Source: Bacillota bacterium (lineage in GTDB: Bacteria > Bacillota > Clostridia > Oscillospirales > Acutalibacteraceae). Taken from it: DNA of 64,000 bases. Positions 45,809 to 55,749 of the stretch are shown here, piece after piece. The notes below the pieces were generated by a model. The model was given only the letters and a program-made list of their open reading frames with translations, did not search any database and was not told the DNA's origin. Position 1 is the first letter of the stretch. Each line of letters opens with the position of its first letter. The stretch is from positions 4,459 to 68,458 of the forward strand of contig JAKJCA010000002.1 in NCBI GenBank assembly GCA_022706685.1. The letters run 5' to 3'. The translations under genes and the position numbers were made by a program.

Positions 45809-47461
45809 ATGAAAAAAAGGAACGGTATGTGCCCGTTTTGCTATGCCAAATCTTTGGCGGAGGCAAAAAAGGCGAAGAACGGCAATGTGCCGGTTTTATA
45901 CAATACGCAGCCCTACGGCAACGACATGGCGAAGACGCCCCCGATGGGCTGGAGTTCCTGGAACACCTTTCAGGAGAAAATCAACCAGGACGTCGTCGAG
46001 CAAACCGCCGTCGAGATGAAACGCCTCGGCCTGGTCGACGCCGGCTATGTGTACCTCAATATCGACGACTGCTGGGAGGCCAAAGAGCGCAACCTCAAAG
46101 GCGAGCTGGAGGCGGACTACGCCGCTTTTCCCCTCGGGATGGCGCGCCTGGCGGAGAAAGTCAACGAACAGGGGATGAAACTGGGCATCTACTCCTCCAA
46201 CGGCCTGCTGACCTGCCAGGATTTTCCGGCCTCGCTGGGCTTTGAATACCGGGACGCTTATACCTTCGCCCGGTGGGGCGTCGAATACTGGAAGCTGGAC
46301 TTCTGCCATCACGTCGACTATACGCAGTACGCCCCCCTCGTGGCGGGCATCGCCGTTTCCGAACCCGGCAAGGCGCCCGAAAAAATCATCGGCTGCAAAG
46401 AGGGCGTTTGCAGTGGCTATGCCCGCGTTTTCCGTTCCGGTTTCCGCTTCAAACGCAGCCGGCACGACAACCAGACCCTGCCCTTCCACGCCAGCGGCCT
46501 CGACGGCGGCAAGGGCGCGATTACGTTCACCGTCCATGCCGAAAAAGACGGGGATTATGTTTTAACCGTCTACACGCACGAACGGTATTCCTATGAGAAA
46601 TTCCTGGGGATTCTGGTCAATAACGAAACGCTGCTGACGGTAAAAATCCCGCCCGATATCCGCTGGAACGAATACGCGACGCAAAAAATCGTGCGGCTCC
46701 GGCAGGGCGCCAACACCCTGAAATTATTCAACCCCATCCTCAACCCCGCCACGAGCGATATGCTCCAGTACCAATACGCCGGCTGCTGCATCAAACAGGC
46801 CACCGCCGATTACGCCCGCGACAGCGGCGGAGAAGAGAAGAAAATCGTGTTCTCCCTGTGCGAATGGGGCGCGGGCAAACCGTATCTGTGGGGCGCGAGC
46901 GCGGGCAACCTTTGGAGGACCACCGGCGATATCGAGGCGACATGGAAATCCATCATGGAGATTTACGAACAAAATGTCGTCCTTTACGAATATGCCGGCC
47001 CCGGCGGCTTCAACGACCCCGACATGCTGGAGGTCGGCAACGGCGAGCTGACCTGCGACGAAAACACCGCCCACTTCGCGCTGTGGTGCATGATGGCGGC
47101 GCCCCTGATTCTCGGCAACGACATCCGGGTTATGCCCCCGGAGGTGCTGGAGATCGTCACCAACCCGCGGCTGATCGCCATCGACCAGGATACCCTCGGC
47201 AAACAGGCGAAACGCATCGTCAAGGGCGATACGGATGTCCTCGTCAAGCCCCTTTCCGGCGGTACGGCGCTCTGCGTGCTCAACAAAAAAGACAGCCGGT
47301 CGGCATACAGCGTCGACGAGAACTTATTGTTCCGTGATAAATATATCCATTACAAACCCGGAGAAAAGGCGCTCGACGCGTTAACCGGGAGCTGGATAGA
47401 CAAAAAAACGGCGCTTTCCGGCGATTTGGCGCCGCACAGCGTGAAGGTTTTCATTCTGTGA
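45809..47461 (+). CDS. GH27 alpha-galactosidase with an inserted domain of about 150 aa
   Basis: Blocks PPMGWSSWNTF, YVYLNIDDCW, YWKLDFC and CEWG...DMLEVGN. A beta-rich insertion lies between the nucleophile and acid/base regions. Confidence 0.85.
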   Translation: MKKRNGMCPFCYAKSLAEAKKAKNGNVPVLYNTQPYGNDMAKTPPMGWSSWNTFQEKINQDVVEQTAVEMKRLGLVDAGYVYLNIDDCWEAKERNLKGELEADYAAFPLGMARLAEKVNEQGMKLGIYSSNGLLTCQDFPASLGFEYRDAYTFARWGVEYWKLDFCHHVDYTQYAPLVAGIAVSEPGKAPEKIIGCKEGVCSGYARVFRSGFRFKRSRHDNQTLPFHASGLDGGKGAITFTVHAEKDGDYVLTVYTHERYSYEKFLGILVNNETLLTVKIPPDIRWNEYATQKIVRLRQGANTLKLFNPILNPATSDMLQYQYAGCCIKQATADYARDSGGEEKKIVFSLCEWGAGKPYLWGASAGNLWRTTGDIEATWKSIMEIYEQNVVLYEYAGPGGFNDPDMLEVGNGELTCDENTAHFALWCMMAAPLILGNDIRVMPPEVLEIVTNPRLIAIDQDTLGKQAKRIVKGDTDVLVKPLSGGTALCVLNKKDSRSAYSVDENLLFRDKYIHYKPGEKALDALTGSWIDKKTALSGDLAPHSVKVFIL

Positions 47462-47500
47462 AGCGGCGCAAGACCGGGAGAAAGGCGGTTTGACGAAACC

Positions 47501-48550
47501 ATGACCCACAGGGAGAACTACCTGCGCACGGTTCAATTCCGGCACCCGGAATGGATTCAAATCGATATCTGCATCAACGAAGCGATGTGGAACTATTACG
47601 GCAGGGAACTGGAAACCGTGCTGCTGCGGCACCCCGCGGTTTTTCCGGACTATAAGAAGAGGAGCGGCCTGGACAATCTGCCGAAGTTCGACCTGGACCG
47701 CCTCAATACCGAAAGGGTCGTGGACCGATGGGGCTGCACCTGGGTTTTCCCGATCCCGGGTATGGACGGCGCCGTTGTCGGCCATCCGCTCGAGGATCTG
47801 GACGACCTGGCCGCCTTTGTACCGCCGGAACCGGACATACCCGTCTGGACCGCCGAACAATACGAGGCGGAAAGAAAACGGGTCCAAGCGCAGAAAAAGA
47901 GAGGCCGCTTGGTCACGGCGGGCACGGAACACGGTTTCCTCTTCCTGCGCCACACCTACCTGCGCGGTTTTGAAAACGCCATGCTGGACTACGCCCTCGA
48001 CGAACCGCGGCTGGCTGACATTTACCGGATGATCCTCGATTATTGGATGCCGTTTGTGCGGCACCATGTCAAAAGGGGCGTCGACGTTATGGCCTTCGCG
48101 GAGGATTTGGGCACCCAGGAAGCGACCATCGTCAGCCCGGAGGATTTCCGCCGGTGGATCAAGCCGGCCTACGCGGAGCTCATGAAACCCTGCAAAGACA
48201 ACGGCGTGCTGGTGTACCTGCACAGCGACGGAAAGACGCTGGATATTCTGGAGGACCAGATAGAGGCCGGCGTCGACATCGTCAACCCGCAGGATTTGTG
48301 CAACGGCATTGACAATATCAAAAGGCGGATCAAAGGCAAAGCCTGTATTCATCTGGATATCGACCGGCAGTTTGTCGTCCCGAAAGGGTCCCCGCGCGAT
48401 GTGGACGACCTCATCAAAGAAGAAATCATGGAACTCGGTTCGCCCGAAGGCGGGCTGATGATGGTCGCGGGCATTTACCCGCCGACCCCTTTGGAAAATC
48501 TGGACGCCCTGTGTACGGCGGCGGAAAAATACAGGGAGTATTGGCGCTGA
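47501..48550 (+). CDS. Uroporphyrinogen-decarboxylase (URO-D)-family protein, function unknown
   Basis: 349 aa. The URO-D-like C-terminal half reads DVMAFAEDLGTQ..., YLHSDGK..., GVDIVNPQD. Confidence 0.65.
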   Translation: MTHRENYLRTVQFRHPEWIQIDICINEAMWNYYGRELETVLLRHPAVFPDYKKRSGLDNLPKFDLDRLNTERVVDRWGCTWVFPIPGMDGAVVGHPLEDLDDLAAFVPPEPDIPVWTAEQYEAERKRVQAQKKRGRLVTAGTEHGFLFLRHTYLRGFENAMLDYALDEPRLADIYRMILDYWMPFVRHHVKRGVDVMAFAEDLGTQEATIVSPEDFRRWIKPAYAELMKPCKDNGVLVYLHSDGKTLDILEDQIEAGVDIVNPQDLCNGIDNIKRRIKGKACIHLDIDRQFVVPKGSPRDVDDLIKEEIMELGSPEGGLMMVAGIYPPTPLENLDALCTAAEKYREYWR

Positions 48551-48763
48551 GACGGGTTCGAAAAAATGCGGGGAGAAACGGCACAGCCATCGCTCCGGCG
48601 CTCTCCGGCCCGCTTCCTGCCGCGCCGCGGAATACCGGAGATTTTTTCAGCCGTTTAACGTCGTATCAACCGTATTATGATATAATCTTGTTCGGTGTTC
48701 GTTTGCCTGCCTTTTCATGGGTTTCGAATCATACCGCTTCTTCGAACAAGGGGATGGATGCAT

Positions 48764-50518
48764 ATGGATCTGTTCGGTGTCTTCCAACTTATAGGCGGCC
48801 TGACGCTGTTTCTTTTCGGCATGAGCCTCATGGGAACGGGGCTTGAAAAAAGCGCCGGGTACAAACTCAAAGGCTTTCTGGAACACCTGACCACAAAAAA
48901 GCTCAATGGCTTCCTGATGGGCTTGGCTGTCACCGCCGTCATACAAAGCTCTTCGGCGACGACGGTCATGGTCGTCGGCTTCGTCAATTCGGGCATTATG
49001 ACGCTCAAACAGGCCATCCACGTCATCATGGGCGCCAACGTCGGCACGACCGTCACCGCTTGGATTCTGAGTTTGACCGGCATCAACAGCACCAATACCT
49101 TCGTGCGGCTGCTGAAACCGTCATCCTTTACACCCATCCTTGCCCTCATCGGCATTATTTACTATCTTTTTATCAAAAATAAAAGGAAAAAGGACATCGG
49201 CCTGATTCTGCTCGGTTTCGCCACACTCATCCAGGGGATGGAAATAATGTCGGCGGCGGTCAAGCCCCTCGGCGAACTGGACAGCTTCCGCAACATCCTG
49301 CTGATATTTTCCAATCCTTTGCTCGGGCTGCTGCTGGGGGCCGTTGTCACGGGCATTATTCAAAGTTCCTCCGCCTCCGTGGGCATTCTGCAGGCCTTGT
49401 CGGCCACCGGGCAGGTCACGATGGGGACCGCCATACCGATTATCATGGGACAGAATATCGGCACCTGCGTCACGGCGCTGCTTTCGTCAATCGGCACCAA
49501 CAAAAACGCCCGCCGTTCAGCCCTCGTGCATCTGTACTTCAATGTTGCCGGCTCCGCGGTGTTCCTGACGCTTTTTTCCATCGCGAAATATTTGTTTGAT
49601 TTGTCTTTTCTCGACCGGGCGGCAAATCCTGTTCTGATCGCAGTCGCGCACTCGGTGTTCAACATCCTGTGTACGGCGATGCTGCTGCCTTTGAGCGGTA
49701 CGCTCGAAAAAATCGCCTACAAGACGATACCGGAGCAAAACAAGCAGGACAGCGTATCGCTGCTCGACCCGCGTTTGTTTTCAACGCCGTCCATTGCCAT
49801 CAGCCGCTCAAGAACCATCGCGCAGGAAATGGCCGAGACCTGCGTCAACGCCATCCGCGATGCGTTCGCCCTCATCGGCCGTTATGATGAAAAAGGGGTG
49901 CAGAAGGTCGAACTCGCGGAGCAGAAGACGGACTCGTACGAGGACTCTCTGGGGACTTACCTGGTTAAGCTTTCCGGCTACAGCCTCTCGGACGAGGACG
50001 CTGCCGAATGCGCAAAGCTGCTCTTCCTCATCGGCGAGTTTGAGCGCGTCGCCGATTACGCCATGGACGTCGCGGAATCCGCGCAGGAAATGAACGATAA
50101 AAAAATGCAGTTTTCTCAGGCGGCGACCCATGAACTGAATGTGATGACGGCCGCCGTTGCGGAATCCGTCGAAATGGCGGTCACCGCTTTCCGCAACAGC
50201 GATATTCTGCTGGCCTCGCGGGTGGATCCCCTCGAGGAAGTGATTGACGATATGAAAAGCAGCGTCAAAAAGCAGCATATCGCCAGGATGCAGCGCGGCG
50301 ACTGCACCATCGAGCAGGGCTTTGTTTTTTCCGACCTGATTACGGTGCTGGAACGCATTTCAGACCACAGTTCGAGCATCGCCCAATGCGTCATCGAAAT
50401 GTCCCACCATACGCTGAACATCCACGACCACCTCTATCAGGTCAAACACGAATCGAACAACGAGTTTATGGACGTTTACAGGGATTTTGCCAAAAAATAT
50501 GCCGTGCAAAACGAGTAA
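48764..50518 (+). CDS. Na+/phosphate cotransporter family protein with C-terminal PhoU-like repeats
   Basis: GGLTLFLFGMSLMGTGLEK and IQSSSATTVMVVGFV, repeated as IQSSSASVGILQAL. The C-terminus is helical and PhoU-like. The start is ATG 48764, 9 nt after AAGGGGA. Confidence 0.9.
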   Translation: MDLFGVFQLIGGLTLFLFGMSLMGTGLEKSAGYKLKGFLEHLTTKKLNGFLMGLAVTAVIQSSSATTVMVVGFVNSGIMTLKQAIHVIMGANVGTTVTAWILSLTGINSTNTFVRLLKPSSFTPILALIGIIYYLFIKNKRKKDIGLILLGFATLIQGMEIMSAAVKPLGELDSFRNILLIFSNPLLGLLLGAVVTGIIQSSSASVGILQALSATGQVTMGTAIPIIMGQNIGTCVTALLSSIGTNKNARRSALVHLYFNVAGSAVFLTLFSIAKYLFDLSFLDRAANPVLIAVAHSVFNILCTAMLLPLSGTLEKIAYKTIPEQNKQDSVSLLDPRLFSTPSIAISRSRTIAQEMAETCVNAIRDAFALIGRYDEKGVQKVELAEQKTDSYEDSLGTYLVKLSGYSLSDEDAAECAKLLFLIGEFERVADYAMDVAESAQEMNDKKMQFSQAATHELNVMTAAVAESVEMAVTAFRNSDILLASRVDPLEEVIDDMKSSVKKQHIARMQRGDCTIEQGFVFSDLITVLERISDHSSSIAQCVIEMSHHTLNIHDHLYQVKHESNNEFMDVYRDFAKKYAVQNE

Positions 50519-50721
50519 TCGTCCGCCTTGCCCCGACGGCTTTTCCGCTTTTGTATAAGTATTTGACCTTCCGGTCTGCCAAACGGCCGCCGTTTCCGCT
50601 TGACGCCGCAACGGGGCGGACGAGGGCGGCTTCCTCCCGCCGCGCATCTTTACCGGCGGGGCATCAAGCCGGTACCGGCAGTCCGCCGAACGCCATTTTA
50701 TCAGAAAACGGTGAGTGAACC

Positions 50722-51792
50722 ATGAACAGGCAGGACCGGTTCAAAGGCTGCCTATTCGGCGGAGCCCTCGGCGACGCCCTGGGCTATGCCGTCGAGTTTA
50801 TGCGTCTGCCGCAAATCAAAAGCGTGTTCGGACCGGGCGGAATCACCGGGCCCGTTATCGACAAAGCCTCGAATAAGGCGCTCATTTCGGACGATACGCA
50901 AATGGCCTTATTTACGGCGGACGGCCTGCTTTGGGCGGCAGTCGGCCAAGACGGCGGCGAAGTCCGTTTTGCCGCGGACGGGGTATATCCGTCGTATTTG
51001 CGGTGGTACTACACGCAGAGCGGAAATATCAAAGACAGGCGACTGCTGGAGAAACAGCCGCATGAAAAGAAGAACGCGGTGTTTCCGGCCGGCAGAAGCA
51101 TCATGGAATACAGAGAGCTATTTGAATCCAGGGCCCCCGGCAACACCTGCCTTGCGTCCCTGCGCAGCGGAAAAATGGGAACGATGGAATACCCCGTCAA
51201 CTCCAGCAAAGGCTGCGGCGGCGTGATGCGGGCCGCGCCCGCAGGCCTGCTGTTTCATCGGGACCCGGCCGCCGCGTTCAGGGTCGGAGCCGAAACGGCG
51301 GCGGTCACCCACGGCCATCCCTCGGGATATCTGCCGGCCGGCGTCCTCGCGGCCGTCGTCGCGGAACTTGTCAACGGCAAAACCGTCCACGAAAGCGCGC
51401 AGGCCGCCATGCGCATTCTGGAAACCTACGCCTCGCATGAGGAGACGCTGTCGGCCTTGAGGCGGGCGGTTGAACTCGCTCGGGGCGGCGCAGCCCCGCA
51501 AGACGCCGTTCGGGAACTCGGCGAGGGCTGGGTCGGGGAAGAGGCGCTGGCCGTCGCGCTGTACTGCGCGTTAAAAGAGGCCGACGTGAAACAGGCCTTT
51601 ATCGCCGCCGTGAACCACGACGGGGACAGCGATTCCACCGGGGCCGTCTGCGGCAATATCCTCGGCGCCGCTTACGGGTTCGGCGCCCTGCCGGAAGACT
51701 GGGCGGCAAACATCGAACTGTATGAGCTGTTAGCGGATATCAGCGGCAGACTGTTCGCCCTGGCTCAATACCGCGGCAATAAAAGTATTTGA
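50722..51792 (+). CDS. ADP-ribosylglycohydrolase-family protein
   Basis: GCLFGGALGDALGYAVEF at the N-terminus and ...NHDGDSDSTGAVCGNILGA near the C-terminus. These are the metal-binding blocks of the family. Confidence 0.85.
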   Translation: MNRQDRFKGCLFGGALGDALGYAVEFMRLPQIKSVFGPGGITGPVIDKASNKALISDDTQMALFTADGLLWAAVGQDGGEVRFAADGVYPSYLRWYYTQSGNIKDRRLLEKQPHEKKNAVFPAGRSIMEYRELFESRAPGNTCLASLRSGKMGTMEYPVNSSKGCGGVMRAAPAGLLFHRDPAAAFRVGAETAAVTHGHPSGYLPAGVLAAVVAELVNGKTVHESAQAAMRILETYASHEETLSALRRAVELARGGAAPQDAVRELGEGWVGEEALAVALYCALKEADVKQAFIAAVNHDGDSDSTGAVCGNILGAAYGFGALPEDWAANIELYELLADISGRLFALAQYRGNKSI

Positions 51793-51818
51793 CTTGGCGG
51801 AAACGGAGGAGGATATGG

Positions 51819-52373
51819 ATGGTGTTCGAAACGCTGCGTTTGATTCTGCGCCCGTGGCAGGCGTCCGACGCGCGAGACCTTTATACCTTCGCGAGCGATC
51901 CGCGCGTCGGCCCGGCTGCCGGATGGCCTGCCCATACGAGCGTGGAGCATTCCCTTGAAGTAATCGAAAGCGTTCTGTCCAAGCCGGAGACATACGCGGT
52001 CCTGCTGAAAAGCGAAGGCCGCGCCGTCGGCAGCGTCGGCCTGATGGCCGGCGGGGCAAGCCATATCGGTCTGCCGGACGACGAGGCGGAGGTCGGCTAC
52101 TGGATCGGCGTTCCCTTTTGGGGCCGCGGGCTGATCCCCGAAGCCGTCGATGAAATCATCCGCTACGGCTTTGAAGAACTGGGCCTGAAAAAAATATGGT
52201 GCGGCTTTTTCGAGGGCAATGACCGGTCCCGGCGCGTGCAGGAGAAGTGCGGCTTCGCCTACCACCATACCAACGAAAATATCCCCTGGCCGCTGATGAA
52301 CGACATCCGTACCGAGCATGTCTCCTGCCTGACAAGGGAAGCATGGATTTACCGCGCGGCAAGATACCGATAA
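51819..52373 (+). CDS. GNAT-family N-acetyltransferase (RimJ/RimL-like)
   Basis: ETLRLILRPW start and the block GYWIGVPFWGRGLIPEA. ATG 51819 lies 6 nt after GGAGGAGG. Confidence 0.85.
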   Translation: MVFETLRLILRPWQASDARDLYTFASDPRVGPAAGWPAHTSVEHSLEVIESVLSKPETYAVLLKSEGRAVGSVGLMAGGASHIGLPDDEAEVGYWIGVPFWGRGLIPEAVDEIIRYGFEELGLKKIWCGFFEGNDRSRRVQEKCGFAYHHTNENIPWPLMNDIRTEHVSCLTREAWIYRAARYR

Positions 52374-52399
52374 AGGCGGCGGCCGCGGCTTTGCCATTA

Positions 52400-52443
52400 A
52401 AAAGCGTGAAAAAGGAGCCGGGGCAAACACAAACCCCGGCTCC
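52400..52443 (-). terminator. Intrinsic terminator after the amt-PII gene
   Basis: A 10-bp stem, GGAGCCGGGG (52414-52423) / CCCCGGCTCC (52434-52443), is followed on the minus strand by TTTTTCACGCTTTTT. Confidence 0.6.
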
Positions 52444-52468
52444 CTGCATCCCCGTTTTCCGCTGCGGC

Positions 52469-54238
52469 TTACTCGACGTCCTGCAGGGCGTCGTAACCCT
52501 CCTCGCCGGTGCGTACCTTGATGACGTTTTCGACGTCGTAAACAAAGATTTTTCCATCGCCGATGTTGCCGGTATAGAGCACCTTTTTGGCTGTTTCGAT
52601 GACAGTCCGGACCGGCACCTTGCTGACGACGATTTCCACCTTGATTTTCGGCAGGAGGTCCGTTTCGAACTCAACGCCGCGGTAGTATTCCCTCTTGCCG
52701 CCCTGGAGGCCGTAACCGAGCACGTTGGTCACCGTCATGCCGGTAATGCCGATTTTATCCATGGCCGTTTTCAGCGACTCAAACTTGTTTTGCTTGGTGA
52801 TGATTTCGACCTTCGTAAACTTCACGCCCGATTTCGGGACATTTTCACTGGCCACGACTTTGACGGGCACGGCCTCTTCAATCGGAACGATATCGGGAAC
52901 GGGTGCCCCTGTTTCGGCGAAGTGCGCTTTATCCTCGGGGCTGACATAATCAACGGTCAAAAAGTCGGGATAGCCCTGGTTGCCATGTTCGCCGATATCC
53001 AGGCCCTCGATCTCTTCCTCCGCGGTCACGCGCAGGCCGAGGGTCTTTTTAATCGCGAACCAGATCAGCAGGGTGGAAGGCACCACAAACGCGCCGACGC
53101 TGAGAACACCGAGCGCCTGGCTCCCCAAAAGCTTGAAGCCGCCGCCGTAAAACAAACCGTTGGCCGACTGAATACCGCCGACGCCGTCCTGCGCGAACAG
53201 GCCGACCGACAGCGTGCCGAGCACACCGTGCACCAGGTGAACGGATAACGCGCCGACCGGGTCGTCGAGTTTCCTGCGGTCAAAGAACATAACGGCCAGC
53301 ACGACGAGGGCGCCGGACACCGCGCCGATAATCAAGGAACTGGTTACGCTCACGTAGGCGCAGGCCGGGGTAATCGCGACCAGGCCTGCCAGCAGGCCGT
53401 TGATGGACATCCCCAGGTCCGGCTTGCCGATGACGAGCCAGGCGGTCGCCGTCGCCGTCAGCACGGCGATGATGCCTGCCGTGTTGGTGGTCATCAGAAT
53501 ATGCGATATGGCGCCCGGGTCCGCGGCCATGGTGGAGCCGGGGTTGAAACCGAACCAGCCGAGCCACAAAACGAACGCGCCGATGGTGGCGAGACTCATG
53601 TTATGCCCGGGGATGGCGTGAATCTTGCCGTCTTTGGTATATTTGCCGATTCTGGGTCCGAGGACGATGACGCCGGTCAGCGCCGCCCAGCCGCCGACGG
53701 AGTGAACGACCGTTCCGCCCGCGAAGTCCAGAAAGCCCCGCTGCGCGAGAAAGCCGCCTCCCCAGATCCAATGGCCGACGAGAGGATAGATTAACATCGT
53801 CAGGCAGACGGAAAAGACGATAAACGATATGTATTTAATCCGCTCCGCCACCGCGCCCGATACGATCGTGGCGGCGGTGCCGCAAAATACCAGCTGGAAA
53901 AAGAATTTCGCCCAAAAAGGCACGCCCGCCCAGGAAATCGCCGAATAAACGCCCCGGTACGCCTCGCCCGTCGCGGGGGAGTTGTCCGCTCCGCCGGCCA
54001 TGAACAGCCCCTGCAAACCCATAAACCCGTTGCCGTCGCCGAACATCAGGCCCCAGCCGAGCACCAGAAAACCGAGCGACGATACGGCGAAAACAATGAA
54101 GTTTTTGGAAAGAATGTTCACGGCGTTCTTCTGGCGGGCCAGCCCCGTTTCCAGCGACGCAAAACCGAGGTTCATAAAGAACACCAGCATTGCCGCCAAC
54201 AGCACCCATACGGTGTCAAGGATGACTTTCGTGTCCAT
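52469..54238 (-). CDS. amt: Ammonium transporter (Amt) fused to a C-terminal P-II (GlnK/GlnB-like) domain
   Basis: Amt blocks are LDFAGGTVVHSVGG and ALSVHLVHGVLG. After a linker comes a complete P-II domain (KVEIITKQNKFESLKTAMDKIGITGMTVTNVLGYGLQGG...GDGKIFVYDVE). Confidence 0.9.
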   Translation of the reverse strand: MDTKVILDTVWVLLAAMLVFFMNLGFASLETGLARQKNAVNILSKNFIVFAVSSLGFLVLGWGLMFGDGNGFMGLQGLFMAGGADNSPATGEAYRGVYSAISWAGVPFWAKFFFQLVFCGTAATIVSGAVAERIKYISFIVFSVCLTMLIYPLVGHWIWGGGFLAQRGFLDFAGGTVVHSVGGWAALTGVIVLGPRIGKYTKDGKIHAIPGHNMSLATIGAFVLWLGWFGFNPGSTMAADPGAISHILMTTNTAGIIAVLTATATAWLVIGKPDLGMSINGLLAGLVAITPACAYVSVTSSLIIGAVSGALVVLAVMFFDRRKLDDPVGALSVHLVHGVLGTLSVGLFAQDGVGGIQSANGLFYGGGFKLLGSQALGVLSVGAFVVPSTLLIWFAIKKTLGLRVTAEEEIEGLDIGEHGNQGYPDFLTVDYVSPEDKAHFAETGAPVPDIVPIEEAVPVKVVASENVPKSGVKFTKVEIITKQNKFESLKTAMDKIGITGMTVTNVLGYGLQGGKREYYRGVEFETDLLPKIKVEIVVSKVPVRTVIETAKKVLYTGNIGDGKIFVYDVENVIKVRTGEEGYDALQDVE

Positions 54239-54264
54239 CGTATTTCCTCCTTGTTTTGATTTTC

Positions 54265-54303
54265 TATATCAAAACGGGGCCAAAGCCGAAAAGCTTTGAC
54301 CCC
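54265..54303 (-). terminator. Leader (attenuator-type) intrinsic terminator between the amt promoter and the RBS
   Basis: The minus-strand RNA reads GGGGUCAAAGC-UUUUCG-GCUUUGGCCCC followed by GUUUUGAU. It ends about 10 nt before the AAGGAGG SD. Confidence 0.55.
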
Positions 54304-54490
54304 GTTGTCATCCGCCTGCAAATAATGAATCGCCTGTTCAACTTGGACAGGAAACGGTATGAAATGTCTTCGGGCCGCCGGGCGCGAACGGAACTGTCTG
54401 CCGCGGCCGCGCGGGTTTGCCGTTGAAAAGCCCGCCTGCAAATGAAAACGGGCCGCGGGATTGCCCCGCGGCGCCGTTGCCGATAGAGGA

Positions 54491-54519
54491 ATTATACAAG
54501 CAGGCCGGCGTTTTGTCAA
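54491..54519 (-). promoter_or_regulatory. Consensus sigma-A promoter of the amt-PII gene
   Basis: On the minus strand: TTGACA (54519-54514), a 17-nt spacer, then TATAAT (54496-54491). It leaves a leader of about 250 nt. Confidence 0.6.
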
Positions 54520-54854
54520 TAGACGGCGGCAAGTGAAATCAATTTCTGCATAACCTTCAAAAATGTGAGAAATATGCCAATTATTACTTGCCATATTGCA
54601 CAAATATGCAGGCGTGGTTCATCCCGACGTCATTTCCTTTGCGATACCCGTTTTATTCCGGCTGCCCGGCGCCGGAACGCGTCATCGAGGCGGGATCGGC
54701 CGGAGCGCCGGTACCGGGGACTTAGCCGCGCGCGAGGCGGTATAAAGCCATGGAAAGAACCTCTTTTCCGGCTTTTTCCTTGCATTTTTCGCCCCCGGGC
54801 CGGATAATAGAACCATTGTTCCGTCCTCTCAATCCAAACAAGGGAGCGTATCCG

Positions 54855-55682
54855 ATGATTGAAATCCTGAAAGTCATTTTTCTCGGCATTGTCGAAGGCG
54901 TGACCGAGTGGCTGCCCGTCAGCAGCACGGGCCACATGCTGCTGGTCGACCAGTTCCTGAAATGGGACGCCGGCGAAGCGTTCAAAGAGATGTTTTTTTA
55001 TGTCATCCAGCTCGGCGCCATTCTTGCCGTCGTCGTGCTGTTCTGGAAAAAGATGCTCCCCTTCCAGTTGCGGGATAAAACCAAGCCGGCGCTGAAAAAA
55101 GACGTTGTCTCTCTCTGGCTGAAAGTGGCGGTCGCCTGTATTCCCGGCGCGGTAGCTGCCGTGCTCTTCGACGGCTTTGTCGAGAAATACCTCCACACGC
55201 CCGCGGTTATTGCGGCGGCGCTGATCGTTTACGGCGCCGCTTTTATCGTCATTGAATACTGGAATAAAAAGCGCGCGCCGAAGGCAGAGAGCCTGGCTGA
55301 TATTACCTTCCGGATCGCCCTGTTCATCGGGCTGTTTCAAATGCTCTCCATCATTCCGGGTACTTCCCGCTCGGGCGCGACCATTGTCGGCGCCCTGCTC
55401 GTCGGCGTGTCGCGCGTTGCGGCGGCGGAGTTCACTTTTTTCATGGCCGTGCCGGTGATGTTCGGCATGAGCGTTTTGAAAATCATCCGTTTCGGCTTCT
55501 CTTTCAGCAGCCGGGAACTGCTTGTGCTGGCCGTGGGGATGGCCGCCGCTTTCGCGGTCTCCTTGCTGGTCATCCGCTTCTTAATGAGTTTTATCAAAAA
55601 GCATGATTTCAAAGTGTTCGGCTGGTACCGCATCGCGCTGGGCGCGGCGGTACTGATCTATTTCGCGGTCAAGGGGTTTTAA
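54855..55682 (+). CDS. uppP: Undecaprenyl-diphosphate phosphatase
   Basis: GIVEGVTEWLPVSSTGH and PGTSRSGATI blocks. ATG 54855 lies 8 nt after AAGGGAG. Confidence 0.95.
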   Translation: MIEILKVIFLGIVEGVTEWLPVSSTGHMLLVDQFLKWDAGEAFKEMFFYVIQLGAILAVVVLFWKKMLPFQLRDKTKPALKKDVVSLWLKVAVACIPGAVAAVLFDGFVEKYLHTPAVIAAALIVYGAAFIVIEYWNKKRAPKAESLADITFRIALFIGLFQMLSIIPGTSRSGATIVGALLVGVSRVAAAEFTFFMAVPVMFGMSVLKIIRFGFSFSSRELLVLAVGMAAAFAVSLLVIRFLMSFIKKHDFKVFGWYRIALGAAVLIYFAVKGF

Positions 55683-55749
55683 GCCCTCAAGCAAGAGGGT
55701 GAAAGCACATCAGGGGCGTTAAACCGCCCCCGGGGAGTTGGTCCGGCTT

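Noticed and set aside
54239-54490. Assignment of the amt leader to the glutamine (glnA) riboswitch or a T-box
   Set aside because: I could not match either consensus by eye. There is no T-box sequence or specifier architecture, and the glnA motif is reported from other phyla. It is reported only as an unclassified attenuator candidate.
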